Below the pieces are notes generated by a model. The model did not search any database and was not told the DNA's origin. It saw nothing but the letters and a program-made list of their open reading frames with translations. From contig CAXXTU010000002.1 of NCBI GenBank assembly GCA_963662655.2, forward strand, positions 2,240,001 through 2,304,000: DNA of 64,000 nt, given 5' to 3'. The position numbers were made by a program, and so were the translations under genes. Every line of letters starts with the position of its first letter. The stretch's first letter is position 1. Positions 1 through 9,700 of this stretch are shown here, one piece after another. The DNA comes from Candidatus Cloacimonadales bacterium (GTDB taxonomy: Bacteria > Cloacimonadota > Cloacimonadia > Cloacimonadales > JAIOQZ01).

Positions 1-281
1 TGTTCAGTTTTCACTCCACACTGAGCGCAGTTGATCCGGCGAAGCGTCAGCACAAGTACTACGGGACGACAGGATATGGATGCATGAAGAATTTTGCGGA
101 CTCGATGATCATAAACTGTTCCCACAATACCGCATGCAGGACAACGTGGCTCATCTTCCTTTCGAACATGGACTTCAATGCATGGATAAGTTTGATACGT
201 ACCTTCGATTATCTGGTCGGCAGAATAACCTTGCAAAGCCAACAACGTTTTACAGACTTGTTTTCTGAGAGGATCATTCAT
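1..281 (-). CDS. ISL3-family transposase, N-terminal part (runs off window)
   Basis: Manual translation of the minus strand from ATG at 281 (AAGGAG RBS upstream) gives MNDPLRKQV...PRCPACGIVGTVYDHRVRKILHASISCRPVVLVLTLRRINCAQCGVKTE, the zf-ISL3 CPxCG..YD.R.R...RR..C..CG pattern. No stop before the edge, so absent from the ORF track. Confidence 0.85.
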   Translation of the reverse strand, partial: MNDPLRKQVCKTLLALQGYSADQIIEGTYQTYPCIEVHVRKEDEPRCPACGIVGTVYDHRVRKILHASISCRPVVLVLTLRRINCAQCGVKTE

Positions 282-378
282 CTCTATCTCCTTGTTGTGG
301 TGATTAGGAGATTGTACGAGATCGGGTGATTCCTCTCTATCTTTTTTCCGACTTACCCACTAAGTTTGCAACAGTGCC
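1..378 (-). mobile_element. Left end of an ISL3-family IS
   Basis: 24-bp terminus GGCACTGTTGCAAACTTAGTGGGT (378-355, minus) resembles ISL3-type inverted repeats. It is followed outside by the AT-rich 8-mer TTAATTAA (379-386), consistent with an 8-bp ISL3 target duplication. Confidence 0.75.
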
Positions 379-417
379 TTAATTAACTATGCTATTGCTG
401 AAATATAGAAGAGCAAA

Positions 418-1974
418 ATGCGCTACTGGCTGCTTATAATAATTACTCTATCATCTTTCCTGTCCGCCCAGGATTCGCTCACGGTTATCGGAGAGATAGC
501 ATTACCGTCGGAATATGGCAATGCTATAAATTTTCCGAGTGGTTTCCTCAACTACAAGTCAGGCGGTGATTTAAATCAGAATGGATATAGTGATCTCATC
601 TGTGCGTTCTACAATAGCGAGCTGGAAAACTACTGCCTTGGAGCCTATTGGGGTGGAACAACGCCATGGCTGTATCCGGATGAGATCGCCCCCAATCCCA
701 ATTCGTTTTTTACAACCCTTTTACCAAGTTGGCAGGGTGATTTGAATGGTGATAGTGCGAACGACCTGGTGATAACGTATTGGAATTATGTCGATATCTG
801 CTACGTCGGATTCATTATGGGTGATGGAGAATTCACCACAGTACCCGATTCAACCTTTTCTTTCTGGTATTGGGGCGGATTTCTTGCCTGGAATGGAGGA
901 TATGACTTCAATGCAGATGGATATGACGATATCCTCTGCCTTGATTATACATCCGAATTCTGGAATGGTAATGTGGATATTCTATATGGCGGTGATCCCA
1001 TGGACACGATTACCGATATTCACTTCGAGGGGGACTACGATGATTTCTTCATGCTCGGAGATGTAGCATCCGTTGGCGATGTAAATGGCGATGGTAGTCC
1101 AGACCTATTGCTTTCACATGTGAATTATGAAGATTTTGAGGAACCCGCATCGTTAAGTGTGTACTGTGGTGGTGAAGATTTCGATACATCACCCGAGACA
1201 ACGATCCAAATGCCGGATAATTTCTTTGCCATGAATGCCCTCGGATTAATGGCTTCCAATGGCGATTTCAATGGAGACGGATACGATGACTTAATTGAAC
1301 CGGGGATGGATGCTCTTTACATTCACTGGGGATCTGAGTACCTGTCAAATTTCATCACACCTGATACTTTGAATATTGAGCTTGAGCAGCCGAATTCGTT
1401 ATATATTGAAGGGCATTATTGCAACATCAATAATGACGAATATGATGATATAGTAGTCAAAGCAATGTATGAAGGCAAGGTATATGTGTATTGTGGGGGA
1501 GAAAGTTTGCCGGAAAATTACTCATTTATGTTAAGTGGTACTGAAGTGACATATTATTCTCGTAGCATTGATCTTGGTGATTTCAACGGAGATGGATATA
1601 GCGATATCTTGTACGCTTTAGATGATACTGTTCCATACAGAGCTGCAATCGTTTCACTCGCTCCAGTCTCGATCGATGATGAGGAGATCGAGCAACCCGA
1701 GCTAATCACCTTGTCGAACTTCCCAAATCCGTTCAATCCATCCACAACGATTCGTTTCGATCTTCCCAAGGATAGCGACGTGACGCTCTCTATCTACAAC
1801 ATCAAGGGACAGAAAGTCAAATCCCTGGTGAATGAGAAGCTGGAAATGGGACGCTACAACATTCGTTGGGATGGCGACGACGCAACAGGGAAGCAGATGT
1901 CGTCAGGTGTATATCTGTATCGGCTGGAAGCCGGCGGTCATACGAAGGTCAAGAAGATGCTGCTACTGAAGTAG
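418..1974 (+). CDS. Secreted FG-GAP repeat protein with C-terminal FlgD-Ig/T9SS-type sorting-like domain
   Basis: Signal peptide; repeated GD(L/F/V)NGDG.xD motifs; C-terminal FPNPFNPSTTI...YNIKGQKV...SSGVYLYRL...KKMLLLK. Confidence 0.85.
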   Translation: MRYWLLIIITLSSFLSAQDSLTVIGEIALPSEYGNAINFPSGFLNYKSGGDLNQNGYSDLICAFYNSELENYCLGAYWGGTTPWLYPDEIAPNPNSFFTTLLPSWQGDLNGDSANDLVITYWNYVDICYVGFIMGDGEFTTVPDSTFSFWYWGGFLAWNGGYDFNADGYDDILCLDYTSEFWNGNVDILYGGDPMDTITDIHFEGDYDDFFMLGDVASVGDVNGDGSPDLLLSHVNYEDFEEPASLSVYCGGEDFDTSPETTIQMPDNFFAMNALGLMASNGDFNGDGYDDLIEPGMDALYIHWGSEYLSNFITPDTLNIELEQPNSLYIEGHYCNINNDEYDDIVVKAMYEGKVYVYCGGESLPENYSFMLSGTEVTYYSRSIDLGDFNGDGYSDILYALDDTVPYRAAIVSLAPVSIDDEEIEQPELITLSNFPNPFNPSTTIRFDLPKDSDVTLSIYNIKGQKVKSLVNEKLEMGRYNIRWDGDDATGKQMSSGVYLYRLEAGGHTKVKKMLLLK

Positions 1975-1993
1975 TAGACATTGAAGAAAATGC

Positions 1994-2019
1994 AAACGGG
2001 GATCGTGCGATCCCCGTTT
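1994..2019. terminator. Bidirectional hairpin terminator between convergent genes
   Basis: AAACGGGGATCG-TG-CGATCCCCGTTT perfect stem with A/T flanks. Confidence 0.7.
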
Positions 2020-2036
2020 CTTATATGGAAATTCGT

Positions 2037-4022
2037 TTATTCGATCACGCAGAGAATGGCGTCTTTCGATACCGTGTCTCCGGCTCCGAACGGGATTTCC
2101 TTGATAACGCCGTCAGCGGTTGCTTCGATGTTGTTGTACATCTTCATCGCCTCAAGAATCAGGATCGTATCCCCGACCGTCACCTTGTCGCCAACCTGCT
2201 TCTTGTACTCGATAACCATGCCGGGCATGGGGGCCGTCACAACATGCTGGCCTTCTGCAACTGCTACCTGAGGCTTGGGAGCTGCCGCTTTTGCAGCAGG
2301 CTTCGCAGCGGGAGCAGGAGTTTCCCGGCGCGCAACCGGCTTCACAGCCGGAGCCACCGCAGGCATTCCATCCGAACCGATCTCGACCTTGAAGTACTCG
2401 TCATCCACGAAGACGTCGAACGTACGGACGTTCTCCGGTTTCGGTGGCGCTTCTTTTGACGGTTTTTCGATCAGCTCGCCGCGCAGGGCCTTTTCCACCA
2501 TCTTGCGTTCGGCCTCAACTTCTTCGATGGTCTTTGGCGCAACGTCTTTTGGCGGTTCTTCCTTACCGTATTTCCATTTGAGGAAACGCTTGCCGGTCAC
2601 CGGATAGAGCGCGACGATCAACTCGTCGTCGATATCCTTCGCAAGGCCTTTGCAGTCTTCCTTCACGGCGGGAAGCTCCGGTTCGAGGACGTCTCCCGGG
2701 CGCACGCTGACAGGTTCCTGACCGCGTGGGTAATCCTTGAGCGCTCTCGCCTGAACATCCTTGTCGATCGGGCGTGGGGTCCTTCCGTACAGACCGTAGC
2801 AAAGGTCCTTCACCTGCTCGGTGATGCGGTTGTACTCGCCGTCTTCCTTGTCGAAGAGGACGTTGTTGACCGTCTGAATACCGACAATCTGGCTGGTAGG
2901 CGTTACCAGCGGAACCTGACCGAGGTCTTTACGCACCTTCGGAAGCGCTTCGAAAACGTCTTCGAGACGATCGAGCTGCTCCATCTGGCGAAGCTGATTA
3001 ACCAGATTGGAGAGCATTCCGCCCGGTGTCTGGTGCAGGATCACGTTGATGTCGATGATGGACAGTTTGGTGTTGTCCAGGTAGTGCATGTATTTCGGAG
3101 CGATCTTCTCGAGCTTTTTGTCGATGTCGCTGAGGAGATTGATATCGAATCCCGTATCACGATTGGTTCCCAGAAGGCTCACAACCAGCGGTTCAACCGC
3201 GCAATGGGAGGTGCGGTACGCAAAAGGCGCCATCGCGGTATCCACGATATCCACACCCGCTTCGATCGCCTTGAAGATGGCGAGGTCACCCATACCGGAG
3301 GTAAAGTGCGTGTGCAGGTGAATCGGAATCGAGACGGTCTCCTTGAGGCCCTTGATGAGATTGTATGCGTCGTACGGCGCAATCAGTCCGGCCATATCCT
3401 TGATACAGATCGAATCCGCGCCCATTCCTGCAAGTTCTTTCGCTTTATCGAGATAGTACTGAAGATTGTAAACATCTCCGCCCATGCGCTGCTCGGTGAG
3501 CGAGTAGCAGATGGTTCCCTGGAAGTGCTTCTTGTTCTTCTGGATGATCTTGACAGCGGTCTCGAAGTTGCGGAAGTCATTCAACGCGTCGAATACGCGG
3601 AAGATGTCGATGCCATTATCGGCAGCGCGCTGTACGAAAGCCTCCACCACATCGTCGGCGTAGTTGCGGTATCCCACCAGGTTCTGGCCGCGAAGCAGCA
3701 TGGAAAACGGGGTTTTCTTCATGTGCTTTTTAAGAAGACGGATTCTCTCCCACGGATCTTCGTTGAGGTAGCGGTGCATCGTATCGAATGTCGCGCCACC
3801 CCATATTTCGGTTGAGTAGAAACCAACTTCGTCCATCTCGGCGGCTACATCGAGCATATCCTCGGTTCTGCCGCGCGTGGCGAAGATCGATTGATGACCA
3901 TCGCGGAAGGTCACGTCCTGTATTTTCACAGGATTCTTTGCGATCGGACGATCCTTACCGTATATCATGTCGGTAAGTTCCAGCGCTCCGTGCTTATCGT
4001 ATTTCATTCCTGTTTCCTCCAT
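2037..4022 (-). CDS. Pyruvate/oxaloacetate carboxyltransferase fused to biotin carrier (5S/OadA/PycB-like)
   Basis: RDGHQS, WGGATFD, HLHTH, PLVTPTSQIVG motifs; Ala/Pro linker; EAMKM biotinylation motif. Confidence 0.9.
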   Translation of the reverse strand: MEETGMKYDKHGALELTDMIYGKDRPIAKNPVKIQDVTFRDGHQSIFATRGRTEDMLDVAAEMDEVGFYSTEIWGGATFDTMHRYLNEDPWERIRLLKKHMKKTPFSMLLRGQNLVGYRNYADDVVEAFVQRAADNGIDIFRVFDALNDFRNFETAVKIIQKNKKHFQGTICYSLTEQRMGGDVYNLQYYLDKAKELAGMGADSICIKDMAGLIAPYDAYNLIKGLKETVSIPIHLHTHFTSGMGDLAIFKAIEAGVDIVDTAMAPFAYRTSHCAVEPLVVSLLGTNRDTGFDINLLSDIDKKLEKIAPKYMHYLDNTKLSIIDINVILHQTPGGMLSNLVNQLRQMEQLDRLEDVFEALPKVRKDLGQVPLVTPTSQIVGIQTVNNVLFDKEDGEYNRITEQVKDLCYGLYGRTPRPIDKDVQARALKDYPRGQEPVSVRPGDVLEPELPAVKEDCKGLAKDIDDELIVALYPVTGKRFLKWKYGKEEPPKDVAPKTIEEVEAERKMVEKALRGELIEKPSKEAPPKPENVRTFDVFVDDEYFKVEIGSDGMPAVAPAVKPVARRETPAPAAKPAAKAAAPKPQVAVAEGQHVVTAPMPGMVIEYKKQVGDKVTVGDTILILEAMKMYNNIEATADGVIKEIPFGAGDTVSKDAILCVIE

Positions 4023-4026
4023 ATAT

Positions 4027-4212
4027 CTATCTTTTAATCACTCTTCGTTGAAGAAGCTCACGATTCTGCATGATGGTTCGTCTGCCGTGCTGCGCCCATG
4101 GAAGCGGTACATTAACCGGAAGCGGTTCAACGCGAGCCTGCATTGCCTGCTCTTCCTCCAGCAGCATCATCACGCCGGCAATCGCCGCTCTAATTTTTTT
4201 ATCTTTCTGCAC
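4027..4212 (-). CDS. Small accessory subunit-like protein of carboxyltransferase operon
   Basis: 61-aa ORF tightly packed between the two carboxyltransferase genes; AAIAGV helix and W..HGR tail. Confidence 0.6.
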   Translation of the reverse strand: MQKDKKIRAAIAGVMMLLEEEQAMQARVEPLPVNVPLPWAQHGRRTIMQNRELLQRRVIKR

Positions 4213-4221
4213 ATCTCCCCC

Positions 4222-5781
4222 TTACACCGGAATGTTACCGTGCTTCTTGGGAGGCAAGGCTTCACTCTTGGTGGTGAGGATTTCCAGCGCGTCGATGATC
4301 CGGATACGCGTTTCTGAAGGACGAATCACCGCGTCGATATAACCGCGCTCGGCTGCGTTGTACGGATTATTGAAAGCTTCTTCGTATTCGGCTATCAATT
4401 CCTGGCGGAGTTCCGCGGGGTTTTCGGCGTTCTTCATCCGGGCACGGTAGCCGGAAACGATATTCACCGCGCCCTGCGCGCCCATCACGGCGATTTCAGC
4501 CGAAGGCCACGCGAAGATCATGTCGCCACCCAGATGCTGGGAGCTCATGGCGATGTACGCGCCGCCGTAGTCCTTGCGGGTAACGATGGTGAGCTTGGGA
4601 ACCGTTGCTTCCGAATAGCTCCAGAGAAGTTTTGCGCCGTGGCGGATAATGCCGTTCCATTCCTGCTCGCAGCCGGGAAGATAGCCCGGAACGTCCACAA
4701 ACGTGATGATCGGCAGATTGAACGCGTCGCAGAAGCGAATGAAGCGCGAAATCTTGTCGGACGCGTTGATGTCGAGGCAGCCGGCGAGGATCATTGGCTG
4801 ATTGCCGATGATACCAACTGCACGGCCGTTCACTCGGGCAAAACCGATGATGGCGTTTTGCGCGTAGAAGTGATGCGGTTCGAAAAATTCGCCGTTATCC
4901 ACGATGGAGCGCACCACGTCTTTCATGTCGTAGGGTTGGCGAGCGCTATCGGGGATGATCGTATCCAGATCGGGGCAAAGCCTGCCGGGATCGTCTGTGG
5001 GCTCGAGGCGGGGCGCGTCTTCCATGTTGTTGTTGGGAAGGTAGCTGAGCAGCGTCTTGATCTGCTCGATCGCATCTTCGTCGCTCTCGCAGGCGAAATG
5101 CGCGTTACCGCTCTTGGTGTTGTGCGCCATCGCGCCGCCGAGGTCTTCGAACGTGGTATCCTCGCCGGTAACCGTCTTGATGACGCTGGGGCCGGTGATG
5201 AACATGTAGCTGGTGTTTTTCACCATGAAAACGAAGTCGGTCATTGCAGGCGAGTAGACTGCGCCACCCGCGCAAGGCCCCATGATGGCGGTGATTTGCG
5301 GGATCACGCCGGACGAACGCGCGTTGCGGAAGAAGATGTCGCCGTAGCCCTTGAGCGCGTCGATCCCCTCTTCCACGCGAGCTCCGCCCGAATCGTTGAA
5401 GCCGACGATCGGCACGCCTGATTTCATGGCCAGATCCTGGATCTTGGCGATCTTCGCAGCGTGCTTCTCTCCCAGAGAGCCGCCGCGGGACGTGAAGTCC
5501 TGCGAATAGGCGAAAACCGGGCGACCGTTCACCAGTCCGTGTCCGGTAATGACGCCGTCCGAAGGGATATCGTGTTGGGGCATATCAAAGTTGGTCGAGC
5601 GATGTTTAACGAACATGTCGATCTCGCGGAAAGTCCCCGGATCGAAAAACAGGTCGATGCGCTCCCGCGCCGTAAGCTTTCCGGCTTGGTGAAGCTTTTC
5701 GATACGAGCGGGTCCACCCATCTCTTTCGTCTTGCTGATCTTTTGTTCCAGCAGTTCGATTTTCTCTTTTACAGTACTCAT
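4222..5781 (-). CDS. Acyl-CoA (methylmalonyl-/propionyl-CoA) carboxyltransferase, 12S/beta subunit
   Basis: GKLTARERI, DSGGARVEEG, MGPCAGGAVYSPA, DVPGYLPG, KKHGNIP motifs. Confidence 0.92.
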   Translation of the reverse strand: MSTVKEKIELLEQKISKTKEMGGPARIEKLHQAGKLTARERIDLFFDPGTFREIDMFVKHRSTNFDMPQHDIPSDGVITGHGLVNGRPVFAYSQDFTSRGGSLGEKHAAKIAKIQDLAMKSGVPIVGFNDSGGARVEEGIDALKGYGDIFFRNARSSGVIPQITAIMGPCAGGAVYSPAMTDFVFMVKNTSYMFITGPSVIKTVTGEDTTFEDLGGAMAHNTKSGNAHFACESDEDAIEQIKTLLSYLPNNNMEDAPRLEPTDDPGRLCPDLDTIIPDSARQPYDMKDVVRSIVDNGEFFEPHHFYAQNAIIGFARVNGRAVGIIGNQPMILAGCLDINASDKISRFIRFCDAFNLPIITFVDVPGYLPGCEQEWNGIIRHGAKLLWSYSEATVPKLTIVTRKDYGGAYIAMSSQHLGGDMIFAWPSAEIAVMGAQGAVNIVSGYRARMKNAENPAELRQELIAEYEEAFNNPYNAAERGYIDAVIRPSETRIRIIDALEILTTKSEALPPKKHGNIPV

Positions 5782-5879
5782 TCAAACCTCTTGTTTCAGG
5801 CTCGTTAAAAGCGAGCTATCGTTTTTGTAAAATACTCGTTAGAAAAAAGATTTATCCCGTATAAAGGGCAAGCTTTTTT

Positions 5880-6428
5880 TCACTGATTTCCATTAGCAGC
5901 GTCCAGAATCCGCGCCAGGATTTCATCGTCCTGCCGAGCGCTATTCAGAAAATCGGTGGGGTCCATCCCATGCTCCACCGCGTAAATAAGCGCTTGCAGT
6001 CCCATCTCCAGCTTATCGATTCGGCGCACGAGAATCGCCTCTTCGCTCAGCCCTTCCTCAAACTCCATCCACAAATCGAACAGGTCGTCTTTGCGATTCA
6101 GCAAGCCCAGCACGTTTTCCACCGACTCCCGTTCCCGCGAGTGCTTCTCGCCTGCCGGAACGTCGTCATAAGGCGTGATGTCCCCCGCCTCAATCTCACC
6201 CAGTTCGTGAATGAGCGCCATACGAAGCACTTTCATCTCGTCGAGCTGTGGAAAGTACTCCCGTGCGATCACCCACGCCGTCATTGCCGTTGAAAAGCTA
6301 TGGTCCGCCACCGACTCGCAGTCCCCGCGAGCGATCCCCTTGAGCAGCCACCCCGAGCGGGGGAGGATCTTTAGTTTGTTGATGGTGCGATGGAATGCCG
6401 CGATGGATTCGGGGTTATTATTTCTCAT
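5880..6428 (-). CDS. HD-domain hydrolase (YfbR/HDDC2-like)
   Basis: LK.LPRSGW, ESVADHS, HELGE...GDITP, DKLE motifs; start chosen at 6428 by RBS. Confidence 0.85.
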   Translation of the reverse strand: MRNNNPESIAAFHRTINKLKILPRSGWLLKGIARGDCESVADHSFSTAMTAWVIAREYFPQLDEMKVLRMALIHELGEIEAGDITPYDDVPAGEKHSRERESVENVLGLLNRKDDLFDLWMEFEEGLSEEAILVRRIDKLEMGLQALIYAVEHGMDPTDFLNSARQDDEILARILDAANGNQ

Positions 6429-6469
6429 AATGATTCTCCATAATTGCAATCGAAAAGGCCATCCCAGAG

Positions 6470-7234
6470 TTATTCATGACGATCTCCAGAGGATAGTTTC
6501 TCAAGCATTTCCTCTAGATAAACCTCAATCTGCGCCATCCAGTCAAAAGCATCATGATAGAATCTTGAGTTCATTAATCCAGGCATTTCCCACTCCAACA
6601 AGTTTTGCCTATTCCGCTCCTCCCGCGTAACTGCAGGTTTTGCAAATCCATAACCCACCAGTAATCTAGCAGCATGAACATACGGAGCAAATGCAAAAGG
6701 TTTGTGAATACTATACGTTTCTCTGTCTTTCATTACCAAGTATAGAGCACTGAACATCCGATGCATTTGACGGTCAGTCAAACTCAAATATATCTGTGGC
6801 TTGCTAATAGGTATAAAAATTTTGTTAAACTCAGCAAGTTGATTGTTAGCAAGCTTTAGTTCCATTACATCAAGCATTTTGTTCAGGTAGTCGGGTCTTG
6901 ATCTCAATTCAGTATACCCATTGAAATCCAAGAGGATAATGCAAGCTAACGTATCTGAAACCCAGGTAGTCCGTTGCTCGAAAGGATGCTCGCAGCAAAA
7001 GAGCATCAGTTGTTCGATCGTTAATTCAGGCAGAAGCTCTGGCGGAAGCTGGTAAGGGATATCTTCGAATCGAACATGTCCTCTAGCATCTTTCTGTAAT
7101 ACAACCTCTTCGAATACAAATTTCTCCGATATTTCGCTGAACGTCACCCTGACTTGATCTCTAGAATAAATTGTGTTTCCGTAACAATGCATGGAGATTA
7201 TGAACAGCACTAGCGCTAGAATGAGATTTTTCAT
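6470..7234 (-). CDS. Hypothetical secreted protein
   Basis: 254-aa ORF with N-terminal signal peptide and RBS; visibly more AT-rich than neighbours. Confidence 0.7.
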   Translation of the reverse strand: MKNLILALVLFIISMHCYGNTIYSRDQVRVTFSEISEKFVFEEVVLQKDARGHVRFEDIPYQLPPELLPELTIEQLMLFCCEHPFEQRTTWVSDTLACIILLDFNGYTELRSRPDYLNKMLDVMELKLANNQLAEFNKIFIPISKPQIYLSLTDRQMHRMFSALYLVMKDRETYSIHKPFAFAPYVHAARLLVGYGFAKPAVTREERNRQNLLEWEMPGLMNSRFYHDAFDWMAQIEVYLEEMLEKLSSGDRHE

Positions 7235-7292
7235 GTTGCTTATCCTCTAATCTTTCTGCATTTCAAACGGAAAATCCTCTCTGAGAAAAACT

Positions 7293-7421
7293 TCCGGCGG
7301 CAGATTGGTTCGATCTGTGTACAAGGCGTGGTGTTTCACAGCTTTTGTTCCTTTTGACATTAGTTTCAAAAGGTGTGGTATATCCACGTCTTTCACACAG
7401 ATCGGGCGAAGATGCCCCGGA
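7293..7421 (+). repeat. Hairpin element copy 1
   Basis: GCAGATTGGTTCGATC-16nt-TGTTT...GTATAT-16nt-GATCGGGCGAAGATGC with complementary arms. Confidence 0.9.
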
Positions 7422-7465
7422 GCACCAACTGGCAGAAATGGACATCCTCTCTTCTCTCTCGCCTT

Positions 7466-7580
7466 AATCCTGATCATCCCATAAATCCCGAAAATCCTGC
7501 TTCAAGCAATCTCCAGGAACGCAGGCATCCTGCCTGCTCCCTCTTCCCAATCCTATTAATCCAATAAATCCTGATTCAAA
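7466..7580 (+). repeat. Two short arrays of 9-bp (A/C)ATCCnnnn units ending TCAA, flanking a REP-like hairpin
   Basis: 7466-7505 (4 units) and 7549-7580 (3 units) both end AATCCTG(A/C)TTCAA; GGAAC-GCAGGCA-TCC-TGCCTGC at 7516-7537 lies between them. Confidence 0.7.
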
Positions 7581-7587
7581 CATTTCC

Positions 7588-9669
7588 CTAATACTTGATC
7601 AACTTCTCCCGCTCCACGTAGAATGCCGCATACTGCTCACGCACCGGCTGATTTTCCTTTTTATCGAGCTGGGGATCGTCGCTGACGAGATCGAAGGCGT
7701 CCTTTCTGGCCAGCTTGAGCCACTCTTGATGCCTAATCAGGTTCGCATGCTTGAAATCCGGCATGCCCGACTGCCGGGTTCCGAAGAAATCTCCCGGACC
7801 GCGCAGATCAAGATCCTTCTCGGCGATGTCAAAACCGTCGTTCGTGCGGGACATGGTGGATATCCTCTCCCAGGCATCCTTAGAAACCGGCGGGTAATAG
7901 ATAAGATAGCACGTCGACTGCTGAACCCCGCGCCCCACTCTCCCCCGCAACTGATGCAACTGGCTGAGCCCGAAACGCTCCGCGTGCTCGATCATCATGA
8001 TCGTCGCGTTAGGGACATCGATTCCCACCTCGATCACAGTGGTCGAGACCAGAATGGAAAACTCCCGCTGCTTGAAGGCTTCCATGATCGCGTCCTTCTC
8101 CGAAGACTTCATCCTGCCGTGCAACAGCGCTGAATTGAACTCGGGAAAAATCTCCTGCGAGATGTCCCTGAAAAGCGTCTCCGAATCGAGCAGATAGCTC
8201 TTGTCGGATTCCTCCACCAACGGGCACACCAGATATGCCTGCCGACCTCGCTTCAACTGCTCGCGAATCTCTCGATACACATCGAGCTTTTTCTCGCCCG
8301 TCTTGTGAACCGTCCGGATCGGCTTTCTTCCCGGGGGCATCTCGTCGATCACACTCACGTCCAGATCGCCGAACGCCGTCATCGCCAGCGAGCGTGGTAT
8401 CGGCGTTGCGGACATGTGCAGCAGATTCGGTTTCCGGCCTTTCTCGCTCAGGAGTGCTCGTTGCTGCACCCCGAAGCGATGCTGCTCGTCCACGCAGACA
8501 AAACCGACATCGTGAAACTTCACGCCCTTTTGGATCAACGCGTGGGTACCGAATACCAGATTGACCTCTCCGGAGGCGATCTTCTCGAGGGTGGCCTTCT
8601 TGCCTTTGTAATTCCCGCCCTTGATCATCGCGACGCCAATATCCGGCTGGTTTTCCAACAAACTCATCGTGTTGCGATAGTGCTGCTCTGCCAGAATCTC
8701 GGTCGGGGCCATGAGAACAGCCTGATAGCCGTTTTCCACCGCAAGGAGCATCGCGAACAGCGTAACGATGGTCTTTCCCGAACCTACGTCCCCCTGAAGA
8801 AGGCGATTCATCTGATGCTCGGATTCCATGTCCGCGACGATTTCGCGAATCACTCTCTTTTGCGCGCCGGTCAGCTCGAACGCGAGGCTGTTTTTCAACT
8901 TTGTCGTATAGGTCTTCCGAACCGGGAGTGAAACGCCGAGGGTTTCTATCTTTCGCGTTCCGTACACCCGTGCCAGAAGAAGCTGATGATAAAAAAACTC
9001 TTCGTAGATGAATCGCTTCCGAACCGACTCCACGTCGGTCTCGGGAACGGGGAAATGCATCTTCTCCATCGCCGATTTTCTATCGGGAAACTGGTAGTGT
9101 TCGATGATCCGTTGTGGTAATGTTTCGGCGATGTGATCGTGGTACTTGCTGAACGCGCTGACCACCAGCTTGCGCATCATGTTCAAGGTGATTTTCTCGG
9201 TGAGCGGGTAAACCGGTAGTATCTTCCGGTTTTTCCAGAAGTCGTCGGAAGTGTCCTCGTCCAGGAGAATCTCGATGTCGGGATGGATAATCTGCGGCAG
9301 GCCCTTGTAGCCGGCTACCAGGCCGGACACCCAGACCGACGCGCCCTCCTTCAACTGATCGGAAAGCCATTTCCCGTAACGGAACCAGGTACAGAGCAGC
9401 ACCGCTTCGCCATCGGTAACCGACACATTGAGCTGGTTCTTTCCCCGGGCGGTGCGCCGCTCTTCAATAAACTGGATCGTTCCCACAATCGCGCATTGCT
9501 TGTCGATCTCGATATCGCGGATCTTTTGCATCGTGTGGCGATTGATATAACTGCGCGGAAAGCACTCCAGAAGATCACCCACGCTGTATATGTTCAACTT
9601 CGCAAGAAGACGGGCGCGATACTCTCCCACACCCGTAAGAAATTGTATTTCGGTTTTCCAGGGATTCAT
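7588..9669 (-). CDS. recG: ATP-dependent DNA helicase RecG
   Basis: MNRLLQGDVGSGKT, DEQHRFGV.QR, MSATPIPRSL, QLRGRVGRG, RGPGDFFG.RQSG; start moved to 9669 to avoid overlap with the upstream gene. Confidence 0.97.
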   Translation of the reverse strand: MNPWKTEIQFLTGVGEYRARLLAKLNIYSVGDLLECFPRSYINRHTMQKIRDIEIDKQCAIVGTIQFIEERRTARGKNQLNVSVTDGEAVLLCTWFRYGKWLSDQLKEGASVWVSGLVAGYKGLPQIIHPDIEILLDEDTSDDFWKNRKILPVYPLTEKITLNMMRKLVVSAFSKYHDHIAETLPQRIIEHYQFPDRKSAMEKMHFPVPETDVESVRKRFIYEEFFYHQLLLARVYGTRKIETLGVSLPVRKTYTTKLKNSLAFELTGAQKRVIREIVADMESEHQMNRLLQGDVGSGKTIVTLFAMLLAVENGYQAVLMAPTEILAEQHYRNTMSLLENQPDIGVAMIKGGNYKGKKATLEKIASGEVNLVFGTHALIQKGVKFHDVGFVCVDEQHRFGVQQRALLSEKGRKPNLLHMSATPIPRSLAMTAFGDLDVSVIDEMPPGRKPIRTVHKTGEKKLDVYREIREQLKRGRQAYLVCPLVEESDKSYLLDSETLFRDISQEIFPEFNSALLHGRMKSSEKDAIMEAFKQREFSILVSTTVIEVGIDVPNATIMMIEHAERFGLSQLHQLRGRVGRGVQQSTCYLIYYPPVSKDAWERISTMSRTNDGFDIAEKDLDLRGPGDFFGTRQSGMPDFKHANLIRHQEWLKLARKDAFDLVSDDPQLDKKENQPVREQYAAFYVEREKLIKY

Positions 9670-9700
9670 AAGCAACTCACAGGGAAAAACGCATGCCGGA

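Noticed and set aside
33..48. GATCCGGCGAAGCGTC resembling the hairpin element right box
   Set aside because: Lies in transposase coding sequence with no inner box or complementary arm.
80..329. Two short + strand ORFs
   Set aside because: They are antisense to the ISL3 transposase frame, which has an RBS and family motifs.
7247..7567. Small ORFs in the recG downstream gap
   Set aside because: They run across repeat elements and show no protein features.
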